From NCBI GenBank assembly GCA_038128265.1, contig JAYPJE010000003.1, positions 56,704-120,703 of the forward strand: DNA of 64,000 nt, read 5' to 3'. The translations under genes and the position numbers were made by a program. The DNA is from Gemmatimonadota bacterium (GTDB lineage Bacteria; Latescibacterota; UBA2968; UBA8231). The notes beneath the pieces were generated by a model that made no database searches, had not been told where the DNA came from, and was given only the letters and a program-made list of their open reading frames with translations. Positions within the stretch are counted from its first letter, which is position 1. Each line of letters opens with the position of its first letter. Shown in pieces: positions 20,819 to 28,834 of this stretch.

Positions 20819-20922
20819 CCCACTTATAAGAAAAACCATCGATCAAGACGCGTGCAGCCCATAAGGCCCCCTTCGCACAATCAATTGCCTATATTTTCCA
20901 GTGGCGCTTCAAAGGAGATCGT

Positions 20923-21306
20923 ATGATCAATCTATTGCTCGTCGGCTGCGGCGGTTTTGTCGGCTCTGTTTTACGCTATCTCGTTGGCCATGCCGTGCAC
21001 GCACTGCTGCGCCACACAGCCTTTCCCTACGGCACGCTAACGGCCAACGTGCTGGGCTGTTTTTTTATTGGATTACTCAGCGGAATGGCGAGTCAGCATA
21101 GTCTGCTTTCTGCACAAACTCGGCTCTTTTTATTTACCGGCGTCTTGGGAGGTTTTACTACATTTTCAACGTTTAGCTTTGATACATTTAATATGCTGAA
21201 TGCGGGCGACCCGCAAACCGTCCCATGGGCGATACTACACATTTTCGCCCATGTTTTATTGGGTTTATTTGCCGTATATATAGGCCATTACCTATCGCAA
21301 ATCTAG
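20923..21306 (+). CDS. crcB: Fluoride ion channel CrcB/FluC
   Basis: 127 aa with four TM segments. Motifs GGFVGSVLRY and GVLGGFTTFSTFSFD. Confidence 0.9.
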   Translation: MINLLLVGCGGFVGSVLRYLVGHAVHALLRHTAFPYGTLTANVLGCFFIGLLSGMASQHSLLSAQTRLFLFTGVLGGFTTFSTFSFDTFNMLNAGDPQTVPWAILHIFAHVLLGLFAVYIGHYLSQI

Positions 21307-21466
21307 CGCTCTGTACACATTCTAAGGTACTATTTAGTGCATTCTTTTTTTTGACTTACTCAACCTATATGCTTTTTATCTGAGTATTAACTTTTAAGGC
21401 GTGCGGCATTCCCTTTCGGCTATTGTGCGAATGTGTCGCACCTGCGATCGGAAAGGAACGCTCTGT

Positions 21467-21910
21467 ATGCCCAATATTGCAAACTTGTTGAAGGAAGAAA
21501 TTAGCCGTCTGGCCCGCAAAGAAATTCGCTCGGCCTGCACTCCTCTCCAGCAGCAGCTGCGCGAGCTGCGCAAGACCGTGCGCCAGCAGCGCGAGACGAT
21601 TGATAGCCTGCAGCAGCGCGTCAACCAGCTGCAGGCGCTTTCATCTTCGCCAACGGAAAAGATTCTCGAAGCCTCGGCCATTGACGATGACAAGCAAATA
21701 CGTCTGTCTGGCAGCTCCATTAAAAAACATCGCCAGCGCCTCGGACTGTCTCAGGGAGAGCTCGGCCAGTTGCTCAACGTAAGCACCAATACGATCGTGC
21801 GCTGGGAGCAGGGCACCTCAAAGCCGCGTGCCGCTTACCGAACGGGCTTGGCCCAGATTCGCACCATGGGCGTGCGCGAAGTAAAAAAGCTGCTGGCGGC
21901 CATGGAATAG
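21467..21910 (+). CDS. XRE-family HTH protein with N-terminal coiled-coil region
   Basis: Start set to the ATG at 21467. The C-terminal part IKKHRQRLGLSQGELGQLLNVSTNTIVRWEQG is a Cro/C1-type HTH. The N-terminal 60 aa is a heptad-like Q/R/L-rich segment. Confidence 0.65.
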   Translation: MPNIANLLKEEISRLARKEIRSACTPLQQQLRELRKTVRQQRETIDSLQQRVNQLQALSSSPTEKILEASAIDDDKQIRLSGSSIKKHRQRLGLSQGELGQLLNVSTNTIVRWEQGTSKPRAAYRTGLAQIRTMGVREVKKLLAAME

Positions 21911-21931
21911 CGCCGTTCCCACAGCCTCACT

Positions 21932-21964
21932 AAAAAAACCGCTTCCCTAAGAGGCGGTTTTTTT
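21932..21964. terminator. Bidirectional intrinsic terminator between convergent genes
   Basis: A7-CCGCTTC-CCTAA-GAGGCGG-T7. The 7-bp stem includes one G-U pair, and A and T runs lie on either side. Confidence 0.7.
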
Positions 21965-22841
21965 ATTTCCACTGCTCCATATAAGCAGCCATGTGCTCGG
22001 CGAGATCGACGTTGTCGTGCTTTAGTGCTCCCCGGTGCACAATGCGCGCCTTGCGCAGCAGCATGCCACGGGCGGCCGTCCGTTTTTCCGAATCTAGTTC
22101 TTGCGCGGTGTGCAGCAGTTTGTCTAGTGCATAGACGCGGAAGCGATCCATCGCATAATGCGCCTGCGATAGCTGGTCAGCGTGCCCGCCGTACTTGACA
22201 ATCAACTTTTCCGGCACGTAGCACACCGACCATTGAGCGGCAATGCGCAGCCACAGCTCATAGTCTTCACAGGCCGGAAGCGCCTCGTCGAACAGGCCCA
22301 CTTCGTCAAATACGTCGCGGTGGATTACAATAGACGAGGGCGACATCACACACAGCGGCAGCGCGCGAAGAAAAATATCCCCACCGTATTTCTGATGGTG
22401 CTTATGCGGGTTTACGCGCACGCCGTTGCGGATCCAAATCTCATCCGTATGGCACACGGGCAATCCGCTTTCGGCTAGCGCACGACGCTGCTTGAGCAAT
22501 TTGTCGGCAAGCCATTCGTCATCGGAATCGAGAAAGGCCAGCCACTCGCCGCGCGCCGCTTCGATGCCGCGGTTGCGCGCCGCTGACACGCCGCTATTCT
22601 GTGCAAGCTCGATGACGCGCACCCCGTCGCCAAAAGCCTCTTTCACAACGCCTACCGTATCGTCTTCAGACGCATCGTCAACGACGATCACCTCGTAATC
22701 GTCGACGTCCTGCGCCAGAACCGAGCGAACGGCGCGTCCGATCCACTGGGCTCGATTGAATACGGGAATAATTACCGAGTACACAGCATATTCACGGCGC
22801 TTTGCGCTGCGCTTTTGCGCGGACCAGCGCATCCGCAACAA
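21963..22841 (-). CDS. Family 2 glycosyltransferase
   Basis: Motif YSVIIPVFNRAQWIGRAVRSVLAQDVDDYEVIVVDDASEDDT. The real start may be the GTG at 22784, 8 nt after the upstream stop, rather than 22841, which overlaps the upstream gene by 50 nt. Confidence 0.85.
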   Translation of the reverse strand: MLRMRWSAQKRSAKRREYAVYSVIIPVFNRAQWIGRAVRSVLAQDVDDYEVIVVDDASEDDTVGVVKEAFGDGVRVIELAQNSGVSAARNRGIEAARGEWLAFLDSDDEWLADKLLKQRRALAESGLPVCHTDEIWIRNGVRVNPHKHHQKYGGDIFLRALPLCVMSPSSIVIHRDVFDEVGLFDEALPACEDYELWLRIAAQWSVCYVPEKLIVKYGGHADQLSQAHYAMDRFRVYALDKLLHTAQELDSEKRTAARGMLLRKARIVHRGALKHDNVDLAEHMAAYMEQWK

Positions 22842-25005
22842 TTTCTTTGGTTATCAGTTCGGGTAAGAGGATTGGCTCGTCGAGATTTCCGCCGGGAAAT
22901 AGCACGTACAGCGGCACACCGGAGCGCCCAAACGCACTCAACAGCTGCGTAATTTCCGGGTTGCGCCGGGTCCAATCAGCCTTGATCATAGCGACATCGT
23001 CGGCTTTAAAGCGCGCCTGTACGTCGTCCTGCATCAGCACGGCGCGCTCGTTCACCTTGCAAGTCCAACACCACTCAGCGGTAAAGTCGATGAAAACGGT
23101 CTGCCCTGAACCCACCCGCCGCTCCACTTCCGCAGGGGAAAAATCGATCCAATCAATGGAAGACGAGGTCTCTGGCAGCGCGCGCGTCGCATCTACGCGC
23201 TTCAGCAGTGGATGCAAAAATGCACCGTACGCCACCAATACAATGGCCAGTGCAATGGCCCACACCGCACGCCGCCGGCGCGCACGGTCTTCCAAGCGCA
23301 CCCACTGTCCGACGACCCAGCAAGCCAAGGCAATTCCGAGCAGAAAGGCCCCCGTCCAAACAACGCCTTCAGCACCTACCTGCTTGCCCAGCACCCACAG
23401 CAGCCACAGCACCGTCGCCATGAGCGGAAAACCCATAGCCTGTTTAAAGCGCTCCATCCACGCGCCGGGGCGCGGCAGGAAACGCGTCCAAGAAGGTACG
23501 GCAGCAAGCACGGCATAGGGCAGCGCCATGCCAACGCCGCAGCCCAAAAAAATGGTCAACGTCGTACCTGCAGGTTGGGCGAAGGCAAACCCCACCGCCG
23601 TGCCCAAGAGCGGAGCCGTGCACGGCGTGGCCAACACCGTAGCGAGCACGCCGTTGAAAAACGATGCCGCTGGCCCTTCGCCTTCATCGAATCCGCCTGC
23701 GCTCACCGGCAGCGAGATAGAATAGACGCCAAATAGGCTCAAACCCAGCGCAAAAATCAGCGCGGCCATAGCTGCGACAAAACCGGGATATTGGAACTGG
23801 AAGCCCCAGCCGATCTGTTCACCTCCCCCCTTTAACCCGATCACAACAAGCGCCAGCGCCATAAACGAAGCGACAATGCCGAATGCGAACGCCAAACCCA
23901 ACAGGCGCACGCGCTGCTGCCGCTGACCGGCCTGACCAACGATGGACAGCACTTTGAGTGAGATAACGGGTAGCACGCAGGGCATGAGGTTGAGCAAGAA
24001 CCCTCCACCTAGTGCCATGAGCAGATAGACCCACAGGGACGTCTTATCGCCGGCAGACGACGTGCGGAAGCGGCGATCGAGCAACCCGCCCTCAGCGTCT
24101 TCGACAAATTGACTCAAGTCGAGCGCCAGGCGCCCCGAACGGCGGCCTTCACCCTCCAGGGCATAGACCAATACGCCGCCGAGCTCCAGAATGGGCGCGT
24201 CGCCATAGGGCTCTATGACGAGTTCGAGCCGACCCTCGCCAAGAGAGCGACTGCGAAACGCGACATCTTCGGCATCCAGCGGATAAAAGTCGAGGTAATC
24301 GGGGCGCAGCGGCTCAGCGCTCTGCACGCTCAGTTCTACTCTTCGCTCCATCCCGCGACCGCGCACTCCGTAGCGCACGTCAATAGATGGCGATAGCACC
24401 GGTGGGACCTCGGCGGCATAGCGTTCGAAAATCGCGCTATGCTTGGCCTGGCCACGCCCTATCGGCAGGTCGATTTCGACACGCGCATCGCCCGGAATGC
24501 ACAGCTCGCGACAAACCAGCCAAGATACGTCGGCCGCAACGCGCAGCGTGTCACCCTGCACTGCGCTCTGCGGTGCCTGCACATCGCTGATCAGCAGCAC
24601 CTCGTCGCCATAGCCGTAAACGACCAGGTCGCCCTCTTCTGTATACTTCTTTGGCAGCGGCCACTGCAACGGCCCAGCACGCCATCCCTCGGGCAGGTCC
24701 CATTCCACCTGCGTGGGCATACCGGCATCGCCGCTAAATGCCCAATAGGTGTGCCAACCCTCCTGCATCCGCAGGGCAACGCCTAGGCGCAGCGCTTCTC
24801 CAGGCAGCACGGCACTCGCGTCGGCCAGCAGACGTGCCTCAACGGGATGTTCGCTCTCTGCGCCAACTTTTGTCACGCAGCACAGTGCGGCGAGCAGGCC
24901 TATACACCCTATGCGCTTCACGGAGCGGGCCGTTTCCCTAAGGCGCAGTGCGGTAGCTGGGCGGCAACCGGCCCTTCTGAACTCCTCTGTGCAGCGATAG
25001 TCCAT
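22792..25005 (-). CDS. DsbD-family thiol:disulfide interchange / protein-disulfide reductase
   Basis: 737 aa. N-terminal periplasmic domain, TM core with CVLPVISL and TPCTAPLLG, and a C-terminal thioredoxin fold with WCWTC. Confidence 0.85.
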   Translation of the reverse strand: MDYRCTEEFRRAGCRPATALRLRETARSVKRIGCIGLLAALCCVTKVGAESEHPVEARLLADASAVLPGEALRLGVALRMQEGWHTYWAFSGDAGMPTQVEWDLPEGWRAGPLQWPLPKKYTEEGDLVVYGYGDEVLLISDVQAPQSAVQGDTLRVAADVSWLVCRELCIPGDARVEIDLPIGRGQAKHSAIFERYAAEVPPVLSPSIDVRYGVRGRGMERRVELSVQSAEPLRPDYLDFYPLDAEDVAFRSRSLGEGRLELVIEPYGDAPILELGGVLVYALEGEGRRSGRLALDLSQFVEDAEGGLLDRRFRTSSAGDKTSLWVYLLMALGGGFLLNLMPCVLPVISLKVLSIVGQAGQRQQRVRLLGLAFAFGIVASFMALALVVIGLKGGGEQIGWGFQFQYPGFVAAMAALIFALGLSLFGVYSISLPVSAGGFDEGEGPAASFFNGVLATVLATPCTAPLLGTAVGFAFAQPAGTTLTIFLGCGVGMALPYAVLAAVPSWTRFLPRPGAWMERFKQAMGFPLMATVLWLLWVLGKQVGAEGVVWTGAFLLGIALACWVVGQWVRLEDRARRRRAVWAIALAIVLVAYGAFLHPLLKRVDATRALPETSSSIDWIDFSPAEVERRVGSGQTVFIDFTAEWCWTCKVNERAVLMQDDVQARFKADDVAMIKADWTRRNPEITQLLSAFGRSGVPLYVLFPGGNLDEPILLPELITKEIVADALVRAKAQRKAP

Positions 25006-25013
25006 TTCCCTTT

Positions 25014-26138
25014 TTAGAGCAGTCGGTGCGCGGCCAGCACGTCGTCATCGAGCTCTATACCCAATCCGGGCGCATCCGGGACGGCGATATAGCCATCTTG
25101 CAGCACCTCCGCCGGACGCGTCAACTGCGCGCGCCACGGCACCTCACCAAAGGCATACTCCAAGACGGTGAAGTTAGAAATCGTCGCCGCCAGATGCACA
25201 CCGGCCATCGTCGAAACGGGACCGGCCGGGCTGTGCGGTGCCACCGGAATCTGCTTGACCTCTGCCATAGCTGCAATGCGCCGACACTCGGTAATACCGC
25301 CGGCGTGTTTTACGTCGGGCATCAGCACGTGCACGGCGCCCCGCTCGACATAGTCCCAAAACTGTTCGCGACCAAACATGGCCTCACCGCCGGCCGTGGT
25401 ATGTCCAGAGTGCAGCGTAATATGGCGCAGTGCCTCAATCTGCTCACGCGGAACCGGCTCCTCAAACCAGTATAGGTTGAGCGGCAGGGTTTTATGGGCC
25501 ACCTTCATCGCCAGAGCTAGATCAAAGCGCTGGTGGCAGTCGACGAGCAGCTCCACGTCGTCGCCAATAGCCCGCCTTGTGAACTCCAGGCGTTCGACGC
25601 CCTTATCGGCATCGCGCTCCACACCCGGCCGATCCATCGTGCGCCAGCGCACTTCGTCAAAGGGCGTCGCCTTCACAGCACTGAACCCAGCATCAACCGC
25701 GCGCGCAGCCGCATCGGCAAAGCCCTGCGGACTGCGATCGCGAGTGCCGCGATTGAGGTTGGCATAAACCCGCACTCGATCGCGACGCTTGCCTCCCAGC
25801 AGACGCCACACCGGCACATTGAGTGCCTTGCCTGCAATGTCCCATAAGGCCTGATCAATGGCGCTGATCGCCGTGGCGCCTACGCGCCCAGCATCACCCG
25901 AAAAAATGCCGCCCGAACGCACCATGCGCTCCCACAGCACCTCTGGCTGAGTGGGGTCGCAGCCGATCAGGCGCTGTCCCATCCGTTCCAGCGCCGCGAG
26001 CACCAGCGCATCGTTGCCGCTCTGACTAGCTTCTCCAATGCCGCTTATACCCGCATCCGTATGCAGTTGAACAAAGTGCCAGTTGCCGCGCTGCGAAGCT
26101 TCGACCCCGTGCACCGTTAACTCCGTTATCTTCATCAC
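25014..26138 (-). CDS. Enolase-superfamily enzyme (mandelate racemase/muconate lactonizing family, sugar-acid dehydratase-like)
   Basis: 374 aa. N-terminal capping domain ...LHTDAGISGIGEA... and barrel-domain acidic ligands. The start is the GTG at 26138 or the ATG at 26135, and both overlap the aroA stop. Confidence 0.82.
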   Translation of the reverse strand: MMKITELTVHGVEASQRGNWHFVQLHTDAGISGIGEASQSGNDALVLAALERMGQRLIGCDPTQPEVLWERMVRSGGIFSGDAGRVGATAISAIDQALWDIAGKALNVPVWRLLGGKRRDRVRVYANLNRGTRDRSPQGFADAAARAVDAGFSAVKATPFDEVRWRTMDRPGVERDADKGVERLEFTRRAIGDDVELLVDCHQRFDLALAMKVAHKTLPLNLYWFEEPVPREQIEALRHITLHSGHTTAGGEAMFGREQFWDYVERGAVHVLMPDVKHAGGITECRRIAAMAEVKQIPVAPHSPAGPVSTMAGVHLAATISNFTVLEYAFGEVPWRAQLTRPAEVLQDGYIAVPDAPGLGIELDDDVLAAHRLL

Positions 26139-27436
26139 TCCTCCATGTCAATCTGCGCACCTAGCGATTTCATATCGCGGAAGAATGCAGGGTAGGATTT
26201 GTTGACGTTTTCAGCATCGAGTATCGTCAGGCCGCGCCGGCAGCGCATTCCGACAATCGTCAGCATCTGCGCAACGCGATGGTCGTGGTGCGTCTCCACG
26301 GCGACGCCCCCTTCGTAGCCGTTGGGGTTGCCGCGCACGACGATCTCGCTCTCGCCCTCCTCGCAGTCAACGCCTAGGCTGCGCAGCTCGCGCACCGGCA
26401 CGCTAATTCGATCGCATTCCTTCAGGCGCAAATTGCCAATGCCGTAAAACCGACTCTCTCCTTCGGCCAGCGCGGCCGCCGCGACCATGGCCAAGACGGC
26501 ATCGGTAGCGCGGTCCCCGTCAAATTGTGCTGCGCGTAGCGCCCCGCTGCCGCTAAAATGCACCGATTGCCCATCGTGCTCGAGCACACAGCCCATCTCG
26601 CGCAGCAGCGGCAACACGGCGCGCTCGCCCTGGCTGTCGGCAAATAGTCGGTCCAACCTAAAGTTACCACCGGCTACGGCACCGGCTGCCAGCAGCGCGG
26701 CGCTGGATGGATAGTCGCCGTTAACCGAGTATTCGCCGGCGCGATAGACCTGTCCACCAGCGATGCGAAAGTGGAGCAAGTCATCGCCCGCTTCGATGTC
26801 TATACCAGCCTGGCGCATCACTTCTAGCGTGGTGTGCACCAGCGGCTGGGACACCAGACCATTGCGCACTTCGATTTCTACGTCTTCACCTATTAGCGGC
26901 GCCATAAAGAGCAGCGCGCTGAGATACTGGGAGCTGTTGGCGCCGCTCACCCAAACGCGTCCGCCGTGCAGCCGAGCGCCGCGCAGAACAACGGGGAGTT
27001 TCCCGTCGCGGGACTCACTCTGAACACCCAGCTGCTCCAGGGCCTGTAGCAGGTCGCCGTGCGGCCGGGTGCCAAGCGAATCGGCATAGTCGGTTTCAAA
27101 GCGAATTTCATCGAGCTGAGCACCAACGCCCATTAGCAGGCGCAGCACGGCACCGGCATTGCCCGGGTTGATGACGCCGGGGTTGTGGGGCCGGCCAGCA
27201 AACCCGCGCACGCGCGCGTACGGCCCTGCATCGTCGACCGCGTCTTCAATCTCCGCACCGTAAGCGCGCAGGCATCGCCGCATAGCCGAGGCATCGTCGC
27301 TCTCGGCGGGAAAGCGCACGATGCTCTCACCGTCAGCAAGCGCTGCCACCAGCAGGTAGCGGGTCGTGTAATTTTTTGAGGAAGGTGGATCGAGTCGCCC
27401 GGACAAATTGCGGGTCGGGCGCACTAGAGCTCGCAT
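26135..27436 (-). CDS. aroA: 3-phosphoshikimate 1-carboxyvinyltransferase (EPSP synthase)
   Basis: 433 aa. Motif LSGRLDPPSSKNYTTRYLLVAALADGES and a two-domain EPSP synthase layout. Confidence 0.9.
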   Translation of the reverse strand: MRALVRPTRNLSGRLDPPSSKNYTTRYLLVAALADGESIVRFPAESDDASAMRRCLRAYGAEIEDAVDDAGPYARVRGFAGRPHNPGVINPGNAGAVLRLLMGVGAQLDEIRFETDYADSLGTRPHGDLLQALEQLGVQSESRDGKLPVVLRGARLHGGRVWVSGANSSQYLSALLFMAPLIGEDVEIEVRNGLVSQPLVHTTLEVMRQAGIDIEAGDDLLHFRIAGGQVYRAGEYSVNGDYPSSAALLAAGAVAGGNFRLDRLFADSQGERAVLPLLREMGCVLEHDGQSVHFSGSGALRAAQFDGDRATDAVLAMVAAAALAEGESRFYGIGNLRLKECDRISVPVRELRSLGVDCEEGESEIVVRGNPNGYEGGVAVETHHDHRVAQMLTIVGMRCRRGLTILDAENVNKSYPAFFRDMKSLGAQIDMEE

Positions 27437-27529
27437 GGAATCTATCCTGTGTGGATTGGTAGCAAGTGGGAAAATCGTTCAAAAAATAAACAACGGGCCG
27501 TCAAAAGGCGAACGACACTGCAGGAGCGC

Positions 27530-28651
27530 TCAGCCGCGCCGAAACAGCGTTATACAGCGCGGCCGGTAGGTGCGCTGCACCATACTGCGCTCGTCCCGTA
27601 GTTTCCACTGCGCATCGCTCTGCTGTAGAACGCGGCTTAGCGCAGTAGCGTCTTCCGAAATAAACACCGCCCGACCGCCAGGCCTGCACAGGCGCGCTGC
27701 TTCGGCGAAAACCTGCTCGTATAGGAGCGCATTTTCCGCGCGCACGCCGTGCGTCCTGCCATAGGGCAGATCGGCCATCACCACATCAAACGTCGCATCG
27801 GGCAAGGGACACACGCGCACATCGCCCTGCACCAGGCGCAGATGCGCGCTCACACCGGCGGCCTGCGCATTGGTGCGGCTCGCACTAATAGCATGCGCAG
27901 AAGCGTCTATACCTATGGCGCAGAAGGCGCGCTGGCGCAGCAGACGTTCAATAAGCAGCGTGCCGCCTCCGCACATAAGGTTGACAACGCGATCGGCGCG
28001 CTGCGGTTTCGATAGCTCAACCATACTGGCCGCCAGTGCGGCATTGAGGCTACCGCGATAGTCTACCTGCCGCCACGATCGCGTTGCCAGCGGCCTGTTG
28101 CCCACTCTGGACAGCACTTCCCACCCGGCTTCACCGGGACGAAAGACGAGCACGCCATCGCCCCCTTCCCGATCAAACGGCATATGCAGCGCATCTTCCA
28201 ACGACCGGGCAATGCGGCGCATCGTCGGTGATTCGGCACCGGCCGCGTCAAAGCGCAAACTCCCAGCTGGCTCGACGCCCGGCACGGCCTGCGCCTGCCG
28301 CACCAATTCAACCAGGGCGGCCAAGTGCTCTGGACTCAGCAGCGTGCGCGGGCGCTGAACGGCAAAGTCCCTGCGCACAAAGAGCGACTGCACCGTGCGC
28401 AGCCCTAGTAAGGGCGCCGCGTCTCCCCCGTAGAGAAAGTGTATCTCATCGCTGCGCCGGTGGCCCAACAGCGCGCACTCCCCGCGCAGGCGACGGACAA
28501 TTTCACCGCGAGCAATGTCCTCACAGCCCTCCAGGGCGGCGGCGACCCACAGCGTTTGCGCGCCATGCCCCTTGCCGTGGAGCCTCGATTTCTGGCGTCT
28601 CTTGCTCATCGCAATCCAGGGCCGCTGTGTGAGCGCGCTCGAGTTGAGCAA
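27530..28651 (-). CDS. THUMP-like / UPF0020-type SAM-dependent RNA methyltransferase
   Basis: 373 aa. SAM motif VVNLMCGGGTLLIE and catalytic VVMADLPYG. An alternative start is the ATG at 28609. Confidence 0.65.
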   Translation of the reverse strand: MLNSSALTQRPWIAMSKRRQKSRLHGKGHGAQTLWVAAALEGCEDIARGEIVRRLRGECALLGHRRSDEIHFLYGGDAAPLLGLRTVQSLFVRRDFAVQRPRTLLSPEHLAALVELVRQAQAVPGVEPAGSLRFDAAGAESPTMRRIARSLEDALHMPFDREGGDGVLVFRPGEAGWEVLSRVGNRPLATRSWRQVDYRGSLNAALAASMVELSKPQRADRVVNLMCGGGTLLIERLLRQRAFCAIGIDASAHAISASRTNAQAAGVSAHLRLVQGDVRVCPLPDATFDVVMADLPYGRTHGVRAENALLYEQVFAEAARLCRPGGRAVFISEDATALSRVLQQSDAQWKLRDERSMVQRTYRPRCITLFRRG

Positions 28652-28834
28652 CTATACAATGCGCACCGATTCGGCCAGCGCAGGCCTGCCATTCGTCCCA
28701 TCAATACCTTCTTAGCATAGATAGCGTACACCATTCTCTGCTCTTTAAGCTACGCACCGCTCTTTTCTCATACACCTGCATTGCGTTAGTTATATCCACT
28801 AGTATGATAAGCCTTTTTACCATAGAGTACGCGC

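Noticed and set aside
20824-20922. Fluoride (crcB-motif) riboswitch expected upstream of crcB.
   Set aside because: None of the conserved elements (GGCGATGG-like 5' part, AACCGCC, GATGATGCCTAC-like 3' part) are present in the leader. Reported only as an absence.
22785-22841. ATG start of the GT2 gene at 22841, giving a 50-nt overlap with the DsbD-like gene.
   Set aside because: Not rejected outright. However, the basic extension MLRMRWSAQKRSAKRRE lies before the conserved GT2 N-terminus, and a GTG at 22784 sits 8 nt after the upstream stop. The feature coordinates follow the track and the uncertainty is noted.
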